Shown here in pieces: positions 49,801 through 61,751 of a stretch of 64,000 bases of DNA (positions within the stretch are counted from its first letter, which is position 1; the number at the start of each line of letters is the position of its first letter). The stretch is from Antedon mediterranea (Eukaryota; Animalia; Echinodermata). Location of the stretch: NCBI RefSeq assembly GCF_964355755.1, contig NC_092671.1:38822304-38886303 (forward strand), written 5' to 3'. The notes under the pieces were generated by a model. That model was given only the letters and a program-made list of their open reading frames with translations. It made no database searches and had not been told where the DNA came from. The position numbers and the translations under genes were made by a program.

Positions 49801-52126
49801 ACTTAGGTAGTGCATTGTTTCTCACTTTTTATCATAATTTACCATAAAACGTAAATTTAAGACAAGGAATGACATGGTTTAATGTTTTTAAAGTAATATG
49901 TATTATTTTCCAAAAAACGTCCAAAATTGCAGGGAAGGGGTCTTTAAATGAAACACCCAGGCCTCTTAGGACTACAGTTCTGTATAATAATATAAATAAA
50001 GTAGGATGTGTACATCCAAAATATACTGCATACAAAGAAATATTAAACATTGCGGAAGACATTAGCTCAGATATACAAGACTAGGCAGACACACATTCCA
50101 TTATTATCATTTCTTTAAATGTCAACCAAATGTCCGGGATACATTAGAGTTTATAAAACATTCCGTCGTTTAATCATCAGAATGCATTTTGTAAAAAGAA
50201 TTAGATTTACTGGCCGGACAAAAATATTGGTTCCGAATCTGGATAAACTGTAAAATTGTATGTAATGAACTTTGACCTTTAGCATCTTAAAAACAACAAA
50301 TTGACCTTTAGCATGTTGACATTAATAAATGCAGATAAAGGAATATAATATTTACAAAATTACGAATGACATTTAATTGTACAGTATGCGCATTATTGAT
50401 TGGATTTCGATATAGGATATACAGTAATAGGATCTACAGTAGATTTGTTATGCATTTTATTTATTGAATTATTATTATATAATATTGTGTTTGCTTGAAA
50501 TTATAATTCAAAGAAGTTCCTTTTGAGAAATGTAATGAACTGTAATGATAGATTCCTTACTTATTATAATAAATAAATAATCAGATTTCTCAGATAAATA
50601 ATAAAAATAATATTTGAAATATTTTTCTTACCTAGCTAGTTTGTCGCTACATGACATCGTGAGTAACCTTTCACCTCTGAGTACGCCATCCCACGTCTGA
50701 ATAGTTGATGCCGACTTAACAGGAATCGTTCCTTCACCAGACTCAATCTTGGTTCGAAGCTGTCCTCGTGCTTTGCGATTTGGGTGTTTATCACTCAAAT
50801 CCGCCTCACCCGTGGCTTCATGCGGTGAAAAAATACGAGCATCTCCGCAAGGAGACGTGCTAATGTACAGATGAAAGCGATGGCCTTCGCGTAGTTGGAA
50901 TCCGTTACCTAAGTTTTCAAAAACGGATTGCTCAATGGTTTCTCTGTCTTTGTGCAATTCAAGTTGTGAATAAAAGAAACGCAACAACGAACGGCGCGCT
51001 ACGATCTCTGCATGGCAATCGTTAACGGCTAAACCCTTTTCAGACATGTATTCACCGCTCACGCATTTCGTTCCAGTTGTGATACACAAAATTTGCGATT
51101 TTGAAAGGTCGTCTCCCACCGTCATCACAATACCGGCCAAGACTTTACGCTTTGCATACTGCGAAGAAAAATTGTCGGTTAACTCGCCAAATTTCTGAAG
51201 AACGAGCGTGTGCACGTGATCCGCCAGCGTCATAGCAGGAACCATGTAAGGGTCTTCACTCTGTATTGGCTGTAAACCAGGTGGATGCATCGGCTGCACG
51301 TCAAATATCTCAGCTAAGGCTAACTGAGCGGCTCGCGCCTTCGCTTGTTTTTTGTTTCTACCGGATCCCGTAAACGTTTTACCATCTAACTTGACACTAA
51401 TTACAAAATTCTTTGCGTGACTTTCACCCGACTCGGAGATAAACTCGTAATCTAGTCCGGGCCGCATCTCATTCAGAATCATAATTGGGTTCTTTCCACT
51501 TGGTTGATCAGGCGGTGTAGGTTGCGTGAGTTTAGAATTTCCATTGTTCTCCGGGGGATTCGTTGAAACCACTGCGGAACTTGTTTCAACATTTGGAGGC
51601 GGGTTAAAGGGGTCCACACAATCTGATGTGAAATCGCAACTGTAAATACGCTGGCCCATCGCTAAATGAGCTTCGTTTGGATTTGGAAACTGGATAAACG
51701 AACGCAACGCATTTTCAGCTGCATTCAGTTTTGCCTTTTTCTTGGTTGTGCCTTCTCCCTCAAATGATTGTTCGTTAACGGTAACAGACATACAAAATGT
51801 CGGGGCGTGTATTGGGCCTTTTTGCGCGACCAATGAGAATTTCAAACCTGGCTTAATCTCGTGCAACTCCATAAGAGCGTTTTTCGGTAGGGCTGGCTGT
51901 TTCATCTTTTTTGGTCGTTTTTTGTTTCTTCGTCGTCTCGGGGTATTTACGTCTGTAGAATCATCCGTCGTGTCGGCATCTCCTTCAAACTTCCGTTTTA
52001 TCCCCTTTTGATAATCCTCGCTCACGTCGCCTCCAAAATCTTCGTTCTGCAACATGGTGTCTAACATGGTGTCCAACATTGTGTTCACATTTTCTTTCAT
52101 GTCAAATACGTCTTCATTAATATTGC
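46897..52126 (-). CDS. ADARB1: Double-stranded RNA-specific adenosine deaminase, ADAR2 type (2 dsRBDs + deaminase domain)
   Basis: Exons 52126-50632 and 47425-46897. dsRBD1 ([10 protein letters not shown]...KKKAK), dsRBD2 (KNPIMILNE...KKQAK), [51 protein letters not shown]. No Z-alpha domain or third dsRBD, so ADAR2/3 class rather than ADAR1. Confidence 0.95.
47510..47860 (-). mobile_element. Second copy of hammerhead-bearing element, ~4 tandem units
   Basis: Same ~70-bp unit repeated ~4 times, then the same linker (aaaaagctaaatcaaa) and hammerhead motif. Confidence 0.65.
47813..47858 (-). ncRNA. Minimal type I hammerhead ribozyme motif, second copy
   Basis: UUGCA-CUGAGGA-AGG(AUUAUUGUAAUAUUA)CCU-GAAA-GC-UC-UGCAA; 5-bp stem I; stem II differs in sequence from copy 1 but still pairs. 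Confidence 0.7.
49123..49232 (-). mobile_element. MITE family A copy in ADAR last intron
   Basis: Degenerate TIRs, reversed core. Confidence 0.75.
49321..49943. mobile_element. TTAA-flanked non-autonomous DNA transposon (Kolobok-like)
   Basis: TTAA-AGCCCCCCTTCCCT ... AGGGAAGGGGTCT-TTAA; CpG-rich interior. Confidence 0.7.
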
Positions 52127-52331
52127 CTATAAACAAAAACAAAATTGAACGTTATTTACTTTTAAATTATTCACTTATGGCTAGAGTACGAATTTTTTAA
52201 ATAAAAATATCTTAAAACTATTTGCTTTAAAATAAATTAAAATGAATACACCAATTTATTTACTTACTGTATTATTTAAAATACAAGTAAATTACAAAAT
52301 TATGAAAATTACAAAACAATAATATTCTGTA

Positions 52332-52625
52332 TGAATGAGTGGCCGAGTGGTTAAGACAGTGGAACCGTAAAAACGTAGCCATAACATCATCAAGGGTTCA
52401 AGGCTCACTCGCTCCATGGTTCTAGTAAACCGTAGATCCAGTGTACACATCTAGCTCATGTGCACTCGAAAGAGCTACCGTAGTACATCTTTCGAGCAGG
52501 TAGTGGGTTACCCTGATGTACTAGTTCACACACAGCCACTGCCACAAACTTATGTATACAGTGGGCCCTCTTGGAAAACAGTCTCTGACTGAAGAGGCTA
52601 CCCAGTATAAAGAATAGATAACAAA
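52332..52625 (+). mobile_element. SINE family 1 copy (diverged) in ADAR intron 1
   Basis: A/B boxes and body match. Confidence 0.8.
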
Positions 52626-54847
52626 TATAAACATTATGCTGATCCTACAGTATAATCACATGACACATCTTTTGTGTGTGTGCTTCTACTTCAGGACAAG
52701 GGTGAACATATCACCTTAGGCTACTGCCTGCTGCTATGGTAACCAAGCTGAGAGTTTGAGGAATGTACAGAAGTGTACTCACTTCGGTGCTGTTTGAATT
52801 AATTGATCTCAACAAGTTTTACTCTCTGTTTCAATAAACATGAACCACTAGAGTAAAGTCATGAGTAAACAGATCAACTCTTTGGGGATAGAGACACTGG
52901 CTGTCTTCTGTCCACAAATAGGTTTTCATTTGATATATACAGTAATACCACAAAGGAACAACAAAACAGATTAGACTCTTGATAATTATAAGATTAGTAT
53001 TTTACTTAATGTACTATACTGTAGCTACTTATAATTCACAAACTTTGGATAGTAAACTGTGGTTTAGCAAATGAAACATTAATTTGTTGTGGTTTACTTC
53101 AAATTACAATAATTTACAAAAAATGAAAAAAAAAAATATTTGGCCATATCAAAGTAATATTAAAGTTATTCACTTTAAGTCGAGCAGAAAACAACAAGTT
53201 TACGTAATTTATTAACAGGTACATTAATTTGATTACATTTCGTTTGAAAAATAGTCACGAGTAAAACTAAACAAAGATTTCAAACCACGAGTATACGTTA
53301 TGCTAATTAGGATTGTTTACAACTAGTCACGGTTGAGGTGTTTTCACACAGTTCGCAAGGAAGTTTTATGATTATGTATACAGAGTAGCCAAACAAGCGC
53401 GTTGAATTATGAGATATGTTTTGACTGAAAACTTTGACTGACAAAGTTATTTTTTTAACAAAAAACGTCTGTATTTCGGTTAAATTATGTTTTTTTCTAC
53501 AAAATTTTGGTGAAAGTTAATAACTATTATGATACTTCAAAATTACCCACTTCTTTTCGAAATATTTTTTTAAAAAGGGAAATCAAGATACATCTTTAAG
53601 GATTGTCCCCCTAAAAATTGTTTTCAAATTTTTTAATGAAAAAATTTATTTGATAAAAAAAAATGCGATCATGTGCCCATATATGGACATGATGATCACT
53701 ACCATATTTGGGCGTATAACTACCTGTTTTGATGCATTGTTTGTCTTACTGTATTTTAAAAGCGCCTTTGAGAATGTTTATTCGTGAAAAGAGCGCTACA
53801 GTATATAAATGTGGTATATTATTAACTACCCTAACAAATCAACCAATTACTATAGCAAGTCTTCAAAAGAGAATATTATTAAAATATTATTTGAAAATCA
53901 GACAACAATTAACATTTATGTTTGTACAGGTTAACTCTATAACAATACAAAACAAATTTGTAGAAGATCTACTGACCTTTACTTTGTGTCCTATAAAAGT
54001 AAACCTAAAATGAGCATGCTGCAAACAAGAACTGAAATCTACGGTTTTACTATACCACAACTTTTTAAACAGTGTGTTTGCTAAAAACCAATAGTGATTT
54101 TCATTGATTGTTCAGACAGACAGGAAGACCACATGAGAAATTAATAATTTCACATTAATATTTTTTACATTGAAAATGATTTTCTATTGCGCAATATGTT
54201 CAGGGTTGTCTGAAACTTTCAATTTTCACTACCTACTGTACCTCAAATCCCCAGCAGATATCGTCATATTTTAATTCAAAGCATCTTTGCCTCGTCTGTT
54301 TTAAACCTTTTGCTACAGCGTTGATGTTACATTCAATGTGTACAATACTATTGTACACTATTTAAGATAACTTTAGCATTAATGATAAGTTGTGGGTGAA
54401 TTGTGAATGTTGAAATACTAAAATTGGATACTTAAAAAATAGATTTTAAGGTAGATGAAAAAAAGGGTTTTAGTAATTGTTGTAGACACAACGGTATATA
54501 ATTAACAACTACTAATATAATGTAAAAAAGCTATATAATTTATTTCCAAGTGAATAACATATTAGATTCAAATCGATGAACAATAGATAAGATTGCAACA
54601 AGCTAGAAATGATGTGTATCAGGTAAGGATGAATGTTACTGTGTGTTTTAACTTTAGATACCAGTGATATTAAGAGTTTCACCAGTCACATACTTTGACC
54701 AATAGGAATTAAGAATTATAATAATGTCCTTATCATATGGATAGGGAGTGACCACATTCCTACATGTAGACTAGTGTACTGTGGGCTAATTAGGTGATCA
54801 TTTAGAATAAAATGATCACCTATTGTTATTGTACAAAATCTTTATTA

Positions 54848-57800
54848 TTAGTTATCCGCTTAGTAGCGGATAACTCCTTGTAATCGTCCTGTTACTTTTT
54901 TTTTTTTTTTTTTTTTTTAGTTATCCGCTTGGTATACCAAGCGGATAACTCCTTGTTATTGTATGAGATCAACATTTTTTTTCTGTATTATTCTTCTTTC
55001 CATCCTTCCTTTTTGTGGATCGCGTTTCTCTAAAATGTGTAAACATAACATTTCATAACTTTGACAACATATGGGCATTTACGTGAAGTTGTGCACCTCC
55101 TATTTTTGAATGACGTCATAGTTGCGCAACGTGACTTACGCGCAATTTTATGAATTTCAATGATTGATCATAGATTAAAAACCAAAAGTCATTTAGTATT
55201 GACACTTTGACAAAATTTAAGTCATATCAGGGGCAAACTTTCTACGGATTAGAAATGGCATGTTTCACAAGAAGTTACGCACGCACGCGCATTTAAAATT
55301 TCAAAATGCGCAAAATTAATTTCTAATCAACTTTTTATGCGTTTCTTGTCATTTTGAGCATGTCAAAAATTCCCACGGGCGCGCAATTTTTTACGCACGC
55401 GGTGCGCACGTAGCGTTAAAAACATTTTTTTTTTCTTGAATTATATTTTTCAAGTCTTTCCTAGTAATTTTGAAAACAATTTAGACCTTTTCCAATTTAA
55501 ATAACGCCACACGAACACGTTGAATTAAACATTTCATGCGCGTTTTTTATGAAAAAGCTTAAAAAATCGTCAAAATTTTGTCTTTTTTTAAACAGTCATA
55601 GTTTCTAAAGTAAACCGTGAACCGTTTATTTTTATTACAAAATCTAGAAGTTGATGAGTTGTAGATATCGGATCATGCATCGATAAGGCTAAAAAAACAT
55701 TGTGACGTCATCGTATGGCCACACGAATGTAAAATATAGGATTTTTGTCTCTTTCGTTATTGCTCATCACATTCAATGGAGCGCATCACGCTTATCTGTT
55801 TTCCTTTTTCTCCTACATTTATACATTGTGTAGGTCAATCAACTTTCTTTAGCATGAGATAAAAATATTTTAATTTTTATGACGTCATCATGCCTAAAAA
55901 TTTTAATTACGTGGGTCATTAATTTCATCTTTACAGTAAATTTTATTCTGTAATAGCTCGTAAGAATAAAATGTGATAATCACGATTAAAACGTTTTCTG
56001 GAAGCAATTGGATTGTAGATACGAATTCATGTAAACATTTTGCCAATCGGATGTTGTGACGTCATCATATGGCCAGTTGAATAAAAAAAGTTGTATTTTT
56101 ATATTTTGCGTAATAGTTCATCACATTTAAAAGGGTGCGCATCTATATTTTACGTATTCAAATTTCTTCTACACGTTAATATGTTGTTCCTAAGATAATT
56201 TCCTTCTGAAATTGCTATCTAAGTGTTTCATTTTGATACCGTCGCCATGTTAAAAATTGGAATAAATGGCGGGTCCCGTAATTTCACCTATTCTACACTG
56301 TATGTAATATGTATACAGATTATACTGTTTGCATGTATATACTATATGACACAAAATTGACAGAATTCAGCACTAACAGCATATCATATTCTTCAGTTCT
56401 TGTCATAATGCCATAATCTTTATCTGTGTGCAATATTCCAACGTATGACGTGCACGTGGCGTTTGTCGTGGTGCGGATAACTAACTCGTCAAAGTGACGA
56501 GTTTCATGTCTAGTTTTTCTTATTTCTTTCTCCCTCATTTTTGTGCCTCACGTATCTCAAAAACTTGTAAACATAACATTTCATAACTTTGTCAACATAT
56601 GGGCATTTACATGAAGTTGTGCACCTCCTATTTTTGAATGACGTCAGAGTTGCGCAACGTGACTTACGTGCGATTTTATGATTTTTTATGATTGATCATA
56701 GACTAAAAACCAAGCATAAATTTGTTTTGACACTTTGTGAAAATTTAAGTCATATCAAGGGCAAACTTTTTGTGGATTAAAAATGCCATGTTTTACAAGA
56801 CGTTACGCGCGCACGCGCATTTCTCCTCTATTTTTGTATCTCGCGTATCTCAAAAACGTGTAAACATAACATTTAATAACTTTGTCAACATATGGGCATT
56901 CACGTGAAGTTGTGCACCTCCTATTGTGAATGACGTCAGAAATGCGCAACGTGACTTACGCACGATTTTATGAATTTCGCGTATTTAACATAGATTTAAA
57001 ACCATATAACAATTTAAATTGAAACTTAGCAAAACTTTAATTTATATCATGCGCTAACTTTTTGTGGAAAAAAATTGCGTGTTTTACACAAAGTTACGCG
57101 CGCACGCGCATTTAAAATTCAAAATGCGCAAAATTAATTTTTAATCAACTTTCTACGCTGATCATGACATTTTGACCATGTCAAAATTTCCCACGCGCGC
57201 GAACAATTTTATGCGCGTGGTGCGCACGTAGCGCTAAAAGTATTTTTTTTTTATTGAATTATGTTTTTCCAGCCTTTTATAGTAATTTTACAAATTTTAA
57301 AACAATTTCGACTTACAATTACGTCATACGGGCACGTTGAATTGGATACTTTACGTGCGTTTTTGATGAAAAAGTTCAAAAATTTGTCAAAATTATGCCT
57401 ATTTTTAAACAGTCATAGATTCTAAACTACGTGGAGAACTTTTTTTTAATTACATATTCTGGAAGTTGATGAGTTGTAGATATCGGATCATGCATTAATA
57501 TGGCTAACCGGAAATTGTGACGTCATCGTATGGCCACACGAATGTAAAATATAGGATTTTTGTCTCTTTCGTTATTGCTCATCACATTTAATAGAGCACA
57601 TCTCCACTTATTCGTTGTCCATTTTCACCCCGATTTTAATATAATCTTGGTCAATCAACTATCTTTTGCATGAATTAAATTTTTTTCTATTTTTTTAACG
57701 TCATCATGCCTAAAAATTTAAATTACGTTGGTCATTAATTTCATCTTTACAGTAAATTTTAATCTGTTTTAGCTCGTAAGAATAAAATGTGATAATCACG

Positions 57801-58334
57801 ATTAAAACGTTTTCAGGAAGCTATTGTATTGTAGATACAAAATCATGTGAACTTTTTGCCAATCAGATGTTGTGACGTCATCATATGGCCAGTTGAATAA
57901 AAAAAGTTGTATTTTCATATTTTGCGTAATAGTTCATCACATTTAAAAGGGTGCGCATCTATATTTTACGTATTCAAATTTCTTCTACACGTTAATATGT
58001 TGTTCCTAAGATAATTTCCTTCTGAAATTGCTATCTAAGTGTTTCATTTTGATACCGTCGCCATGTTAAAAATTGCAATAAATGGCGGATCCCGTAATTT
58101 CACCTATTCTACACTGTATATAATATGTATACAGATTATACTGTAGTGTTTGCATGTATATACTATATGACACAAAATTGACAGAATTCAGCACTAACAG
58201 CATATCATATTCTTCAGTTCTTTTCATAATGCCATAATCTTTATCTGTGTGCAACATTCCAACGTATGACGTGCACGTGGCGTTTGTCGTGGTGCGGATA
58301 ACTAACTCGTCAAAGTGACGAGTTTCATGTCTAG
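54848..58334 (+). mobile_element. Helentron-type element B1 inserted in A
   Basis: 5' hairpin AGTTATCCGCT-tagt-AGCGGATAACT; 3' GCGGATAACT, AACTCGTCA-aag-TGACGAGTT stem-loop, CTAG 58331-58334; internal ~290-bp duplication (56540-57110). Confidence 0.8.
54917..56513 (+). mobile_element. Helentron-type element B2 inserted in B1
   Basis: Perfect 32-bp palindrome 54919-54950; same 3' end as B1, CTAG 56510-56513. Confidence 0.8.
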
Positions 58335-60012
58335 TTATTGTTATTATTCTTCTTTCTGTACACTTTTTGTTTAGCAATTATCTCAAAAACTTGAATAACA
58401 ATGATCACACAAATTTCACAATGTCTTTCAAATACTTTAACTTAGCCATAATAAGCTTTTCAGCGGGATCACTCAACCGTGACGTTACGTATACGCGATT
58501 TTGTGAAATCACATTATCAATCATATGTCCATAATTGATTATCAAATATTTATGAAATTCACTACACGTAAATTTCAGGTCAAGGTAAAAAATATTAGCA
58601 AATAAAAACTCGCGCGTCTCAAGGTCATGCACGTGAAATCGCGCGTAAAGATTTTAAAAAGGTCAAAATTAAGTTTTGATCAATTTAGAGCATGAATTAG
58701 GCCATTTGCGTGTTTCAAAAAATTACTGCGCAAAAATACGTTTTTGCGCACGCAATCCTTAAAAAGCGTAGAAAATAAAATTTGATGTGTACATCACATT
58801 CTGCACACAATCCTTAGTACATTCTCCGATTTTGAGTCCAGTCCGACTTAAAATAACGGTATACGAGCAAGTTAAACATGACAAAATGCGCACATTAATT
58901 GAACAAAAGTGCTAAAAATGGTAAAAAGTAGGGCCCTTTTAAAATGAATATAACTCTTCAGAATGGAAGATGACCCCCAATTTTTTTAACTTAATATGGA
59001 AGCCAATGAGTTGCAGATATAAATGTATATACACATTAGACGTACAAAATGGTATGACGTCATCAAATGGCCACTTGAATTTAAAAATTAGTAATTTTTA
59101 TCTTTTTGTGTGGGTTATCACATTCAATAGAGCGCATCTCCGTTATTTGAACCAAATTTTTGCTCAACTTTTAGTATGTGCTTGCTCAATTAATTATCTT
59201 TCTCATGAGTTGTCAACATTTTCATTTTGATGACGTCATCATGCGTAAAAACTTGAATAACCTAGGTCGTGTATTTTCAGCTACACCATACATTTGAATA
59301 TCTTACAGCTCTTCAGAATTAAAGGTGACCTTGAAGATTATAACTTATTATGAAAGCTGATTAAATGTAGATATGAATTCATATAAAAATTAAGCCTATC
59401 GGATGTTGTGACGTTATCTTATGGCCAGTTGAAGTTAAAAAGTAGTTTTTAAATTTCTTTAGTTGAAGTTATACAAATTTCAAAGAGCGCGCATTGCGCT
59501 TCTACGTGTCAAATTCTCTTCCAATCCTTATATTTATTTGCTCAATTCATTATCTTTCGTAATTGTCATCTTCGAGTTTATTTTGATAATTCTATCATAC
59601 CAACAATTTAGAACACGATGTGGGTCCCGTAATTTCACCTACGCTACACTGTATATAGATATACAGTATATACTGTACATATTGTATATGGCATATGATA
59701 GGCACTATAAGCGTATGCATCATGTCATAGGATGGCGTACATCAACTTTTTACGATCGTATGTTAACGTACATGCATGTTTAAAAAATGTTAATTTCATT
59801 AAAATGATAAAAATGATCACCTATAATTCGTCAAAGTGACGAATTAAATTCTAGTTAATACTTATTATTACTTTTACTGGAAAAAGTTGGTAACTGCCTA
59901 AACGACCTTGCTATGTAGAGATAAATGCAAGGTTGTTGAACTCTATGGTTGTGTTCGTACGTATAAAAAAATAAGCGTTTATTTTCAACCTAGCCCCAAG
60001 GCATGCATCAGA

Positions 60013-61036
60013 CACCGTTCGTACGTACAGATTATTTACCGATTATAACCAGTTTTATGCCCATGCTTGAACGATTCATGGCCATGAAAAAAACACCACG
60101 GTGTAAAGCATATGCCCTGCGACTTTGCCGCGAAAAAACGCCGGTGACAAACGCCTATGCTTATACACTGTGGTGTTTTTCGATGGATTTTAAGTAGTGA
60201 CAAAAAAATGTCTAATTTTTTTCAATTACACAGTGATGTAGGCCAATCTTTTAAGAACATTTCACAGTAATTTGTTTTCTCATACGATCCTCCGTTCAAG
60301 AGTTACGATTTTTTAATTAACATGGTGTCCTGAAATCCTGTGAAAACGCTATGTTATTTCTGTTGGTTACGCTTCGTTGCACGGCATAATTTGTTTGTCA
60401 TCGATCGAAGATGTCTTCTGTTTTGTGAAAAAGGCGTTCACTGTTATTAAATATTTTTACCAACTACAACTTGTTTTCTTACGACCACCTTTAATGCACT
60501 TTCAGGGAACAATTTCATTTTAAAATTTTGTTTAGCAATTATTGCTTATCAAACTGATTTTTTAGTCGAGAAACATAGTTTTGTATTGTCTTTTTTGCTA
60601 CACAATTTTATAAATGTGTAGCAATAAGGTTGTTTTGTATAGCTTTTTGCTATGCTACACTGGCGAAATTATTCCCTGACTTTGAAGCTGAAAATCCTGC
60701 CAAGATATGCCTACTCCTTACGACCATTTTTATGTTACTTGACGATGATTTTGAGCCTACCCTGAACAACGATTTAGACCAAAATATTGACGATCGACGT
60801 TCTAGCCCTGCAAACCAACAAGGACAACACCGCCTCAAACACGAACGTTGTTATCGGAGATTAATTACACGCCGTAGGCTGATCGGAGATTTATTATACG
60901 CCCGTAGGCTGAATTTACCTCTAAATTTGGTGGACTTTTTACCTCGTTTGTTAAATAGCTAAAGGCAAAATTTAATTACCGCACGCGACTTCACAGCGGG
61001 AATAACTGGTAAATTTCAACCCGTACGAACGGGCCC
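60013..61036. mobile_element. ~1-kb TIR element (Harbinger-like terminus), non-autonomous
   Basis: ccgttcgtacgtacagatatttaccgattat (60016-60046) is an imperfect inverted match to ataactggtaaatttcaacccgtacgaacgggccc (61002-61036); CpG-rich interior; no recognisable transposase. Confidence 0.55.
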
Positions 61037-61738
61037 TATAATGTATTCAACTCTGGTAGAGTAATTTAAAATATAAAATAAATTAAATGTTCTATGAAAA
61101 CCACCTATACTGATTATTAACAGTATTATGGGGGTGCTACAGGGTAAAGAAATTTGATTTAGATTTCCATACAGTTCTACCTACGCAATTTCACATCTGG
61201 TAAGCTTCGTTAAGATAAAAGATTGCTTGTTTGTGGGTGCACTTGGTTATTTCAATGTTAAGAAAATCGTCTGGATGTATACCTGCAGCAGGAAGTGTAC
61301 TTACTTGGGACCAACAGAAAATCATGATATTTTTACCTCCATCCATCATCCATCCGGTCCATTCATAATGCATGATGCATCATTCATGAAATGGCTGCCC
61401 AGCCAGATCAACCATCACAATAAAACAACCAAAGACTTGTGTGTCTACATACAGACGGAGTTCCATACAGACTACCGCTCTGCTGTTCATAAAACAACCA
61501 TAACTACAGTACCAGACGGTCTAGGCCTAGCTAACAAACTAACCTAGCTAGGCCTCCTCCTCCCCCCGAAGGGTAATTTCTCATTGACATGAAATATGGC
61601 TGGCTAGCTAGGCAAGGCCTTATTAGGCTTAGTAGGCCTAGTAGTAGGCCTAGGCCTAGGCCTAGGCCTACATGGATCTCCGCCTACATTACAAACATTT
61701 TGAAATAATTGATATAATTACACTAAAATACAACCTAC

Positions 61739-61751
61739 CAGCCTCCATCAT
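61739..61751 (-). CDS. ADARB1: Probable first coding exon of the ADAR gene (MMEAG...)
   Basis: ATG ATG GAG GCT G|GTAGGT gives the phase-1 junction required by the exon starting at 52126; lies just downstream of a CpG-rich patch (61890-61915). Total CDS 2037 nt. Confidence 0.6.

Larger units (their letters stand above)
54790..59854 (+). mobile_element. Outer Helentron-type element A of a nested stack
   Basis: 5' hairpin TAGGTGATCATTT-agaata-AAATGATCACCTA (54791-54822); 3' subTIR AAATGATCACCTA, stem-loop TAATTCGTCA-aag-TGACGAATTA, CTAG at 59851-59854; own body at 58335-59854. Confidence 0.8.

Noticed and set aside
50815-50845. Drosophila-type S/G auto-editing site in DARIFSPHE
   Set aside because: The Ser codon here is TCA, so A-to-I editing would be silent.
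56320-58377. Repeated ORFs (TRHETRHFDELVIRTT...) at 56320-56538 and 58066-58377
   Set aside because: Antisense readings of duplicated Helentron 3' ends; no Rep/helicase motifs.
60630-60962. 110-aa ORF inside the TIR element
   Set aside because: Non-ATG start and no recognisable transposase or other domain.
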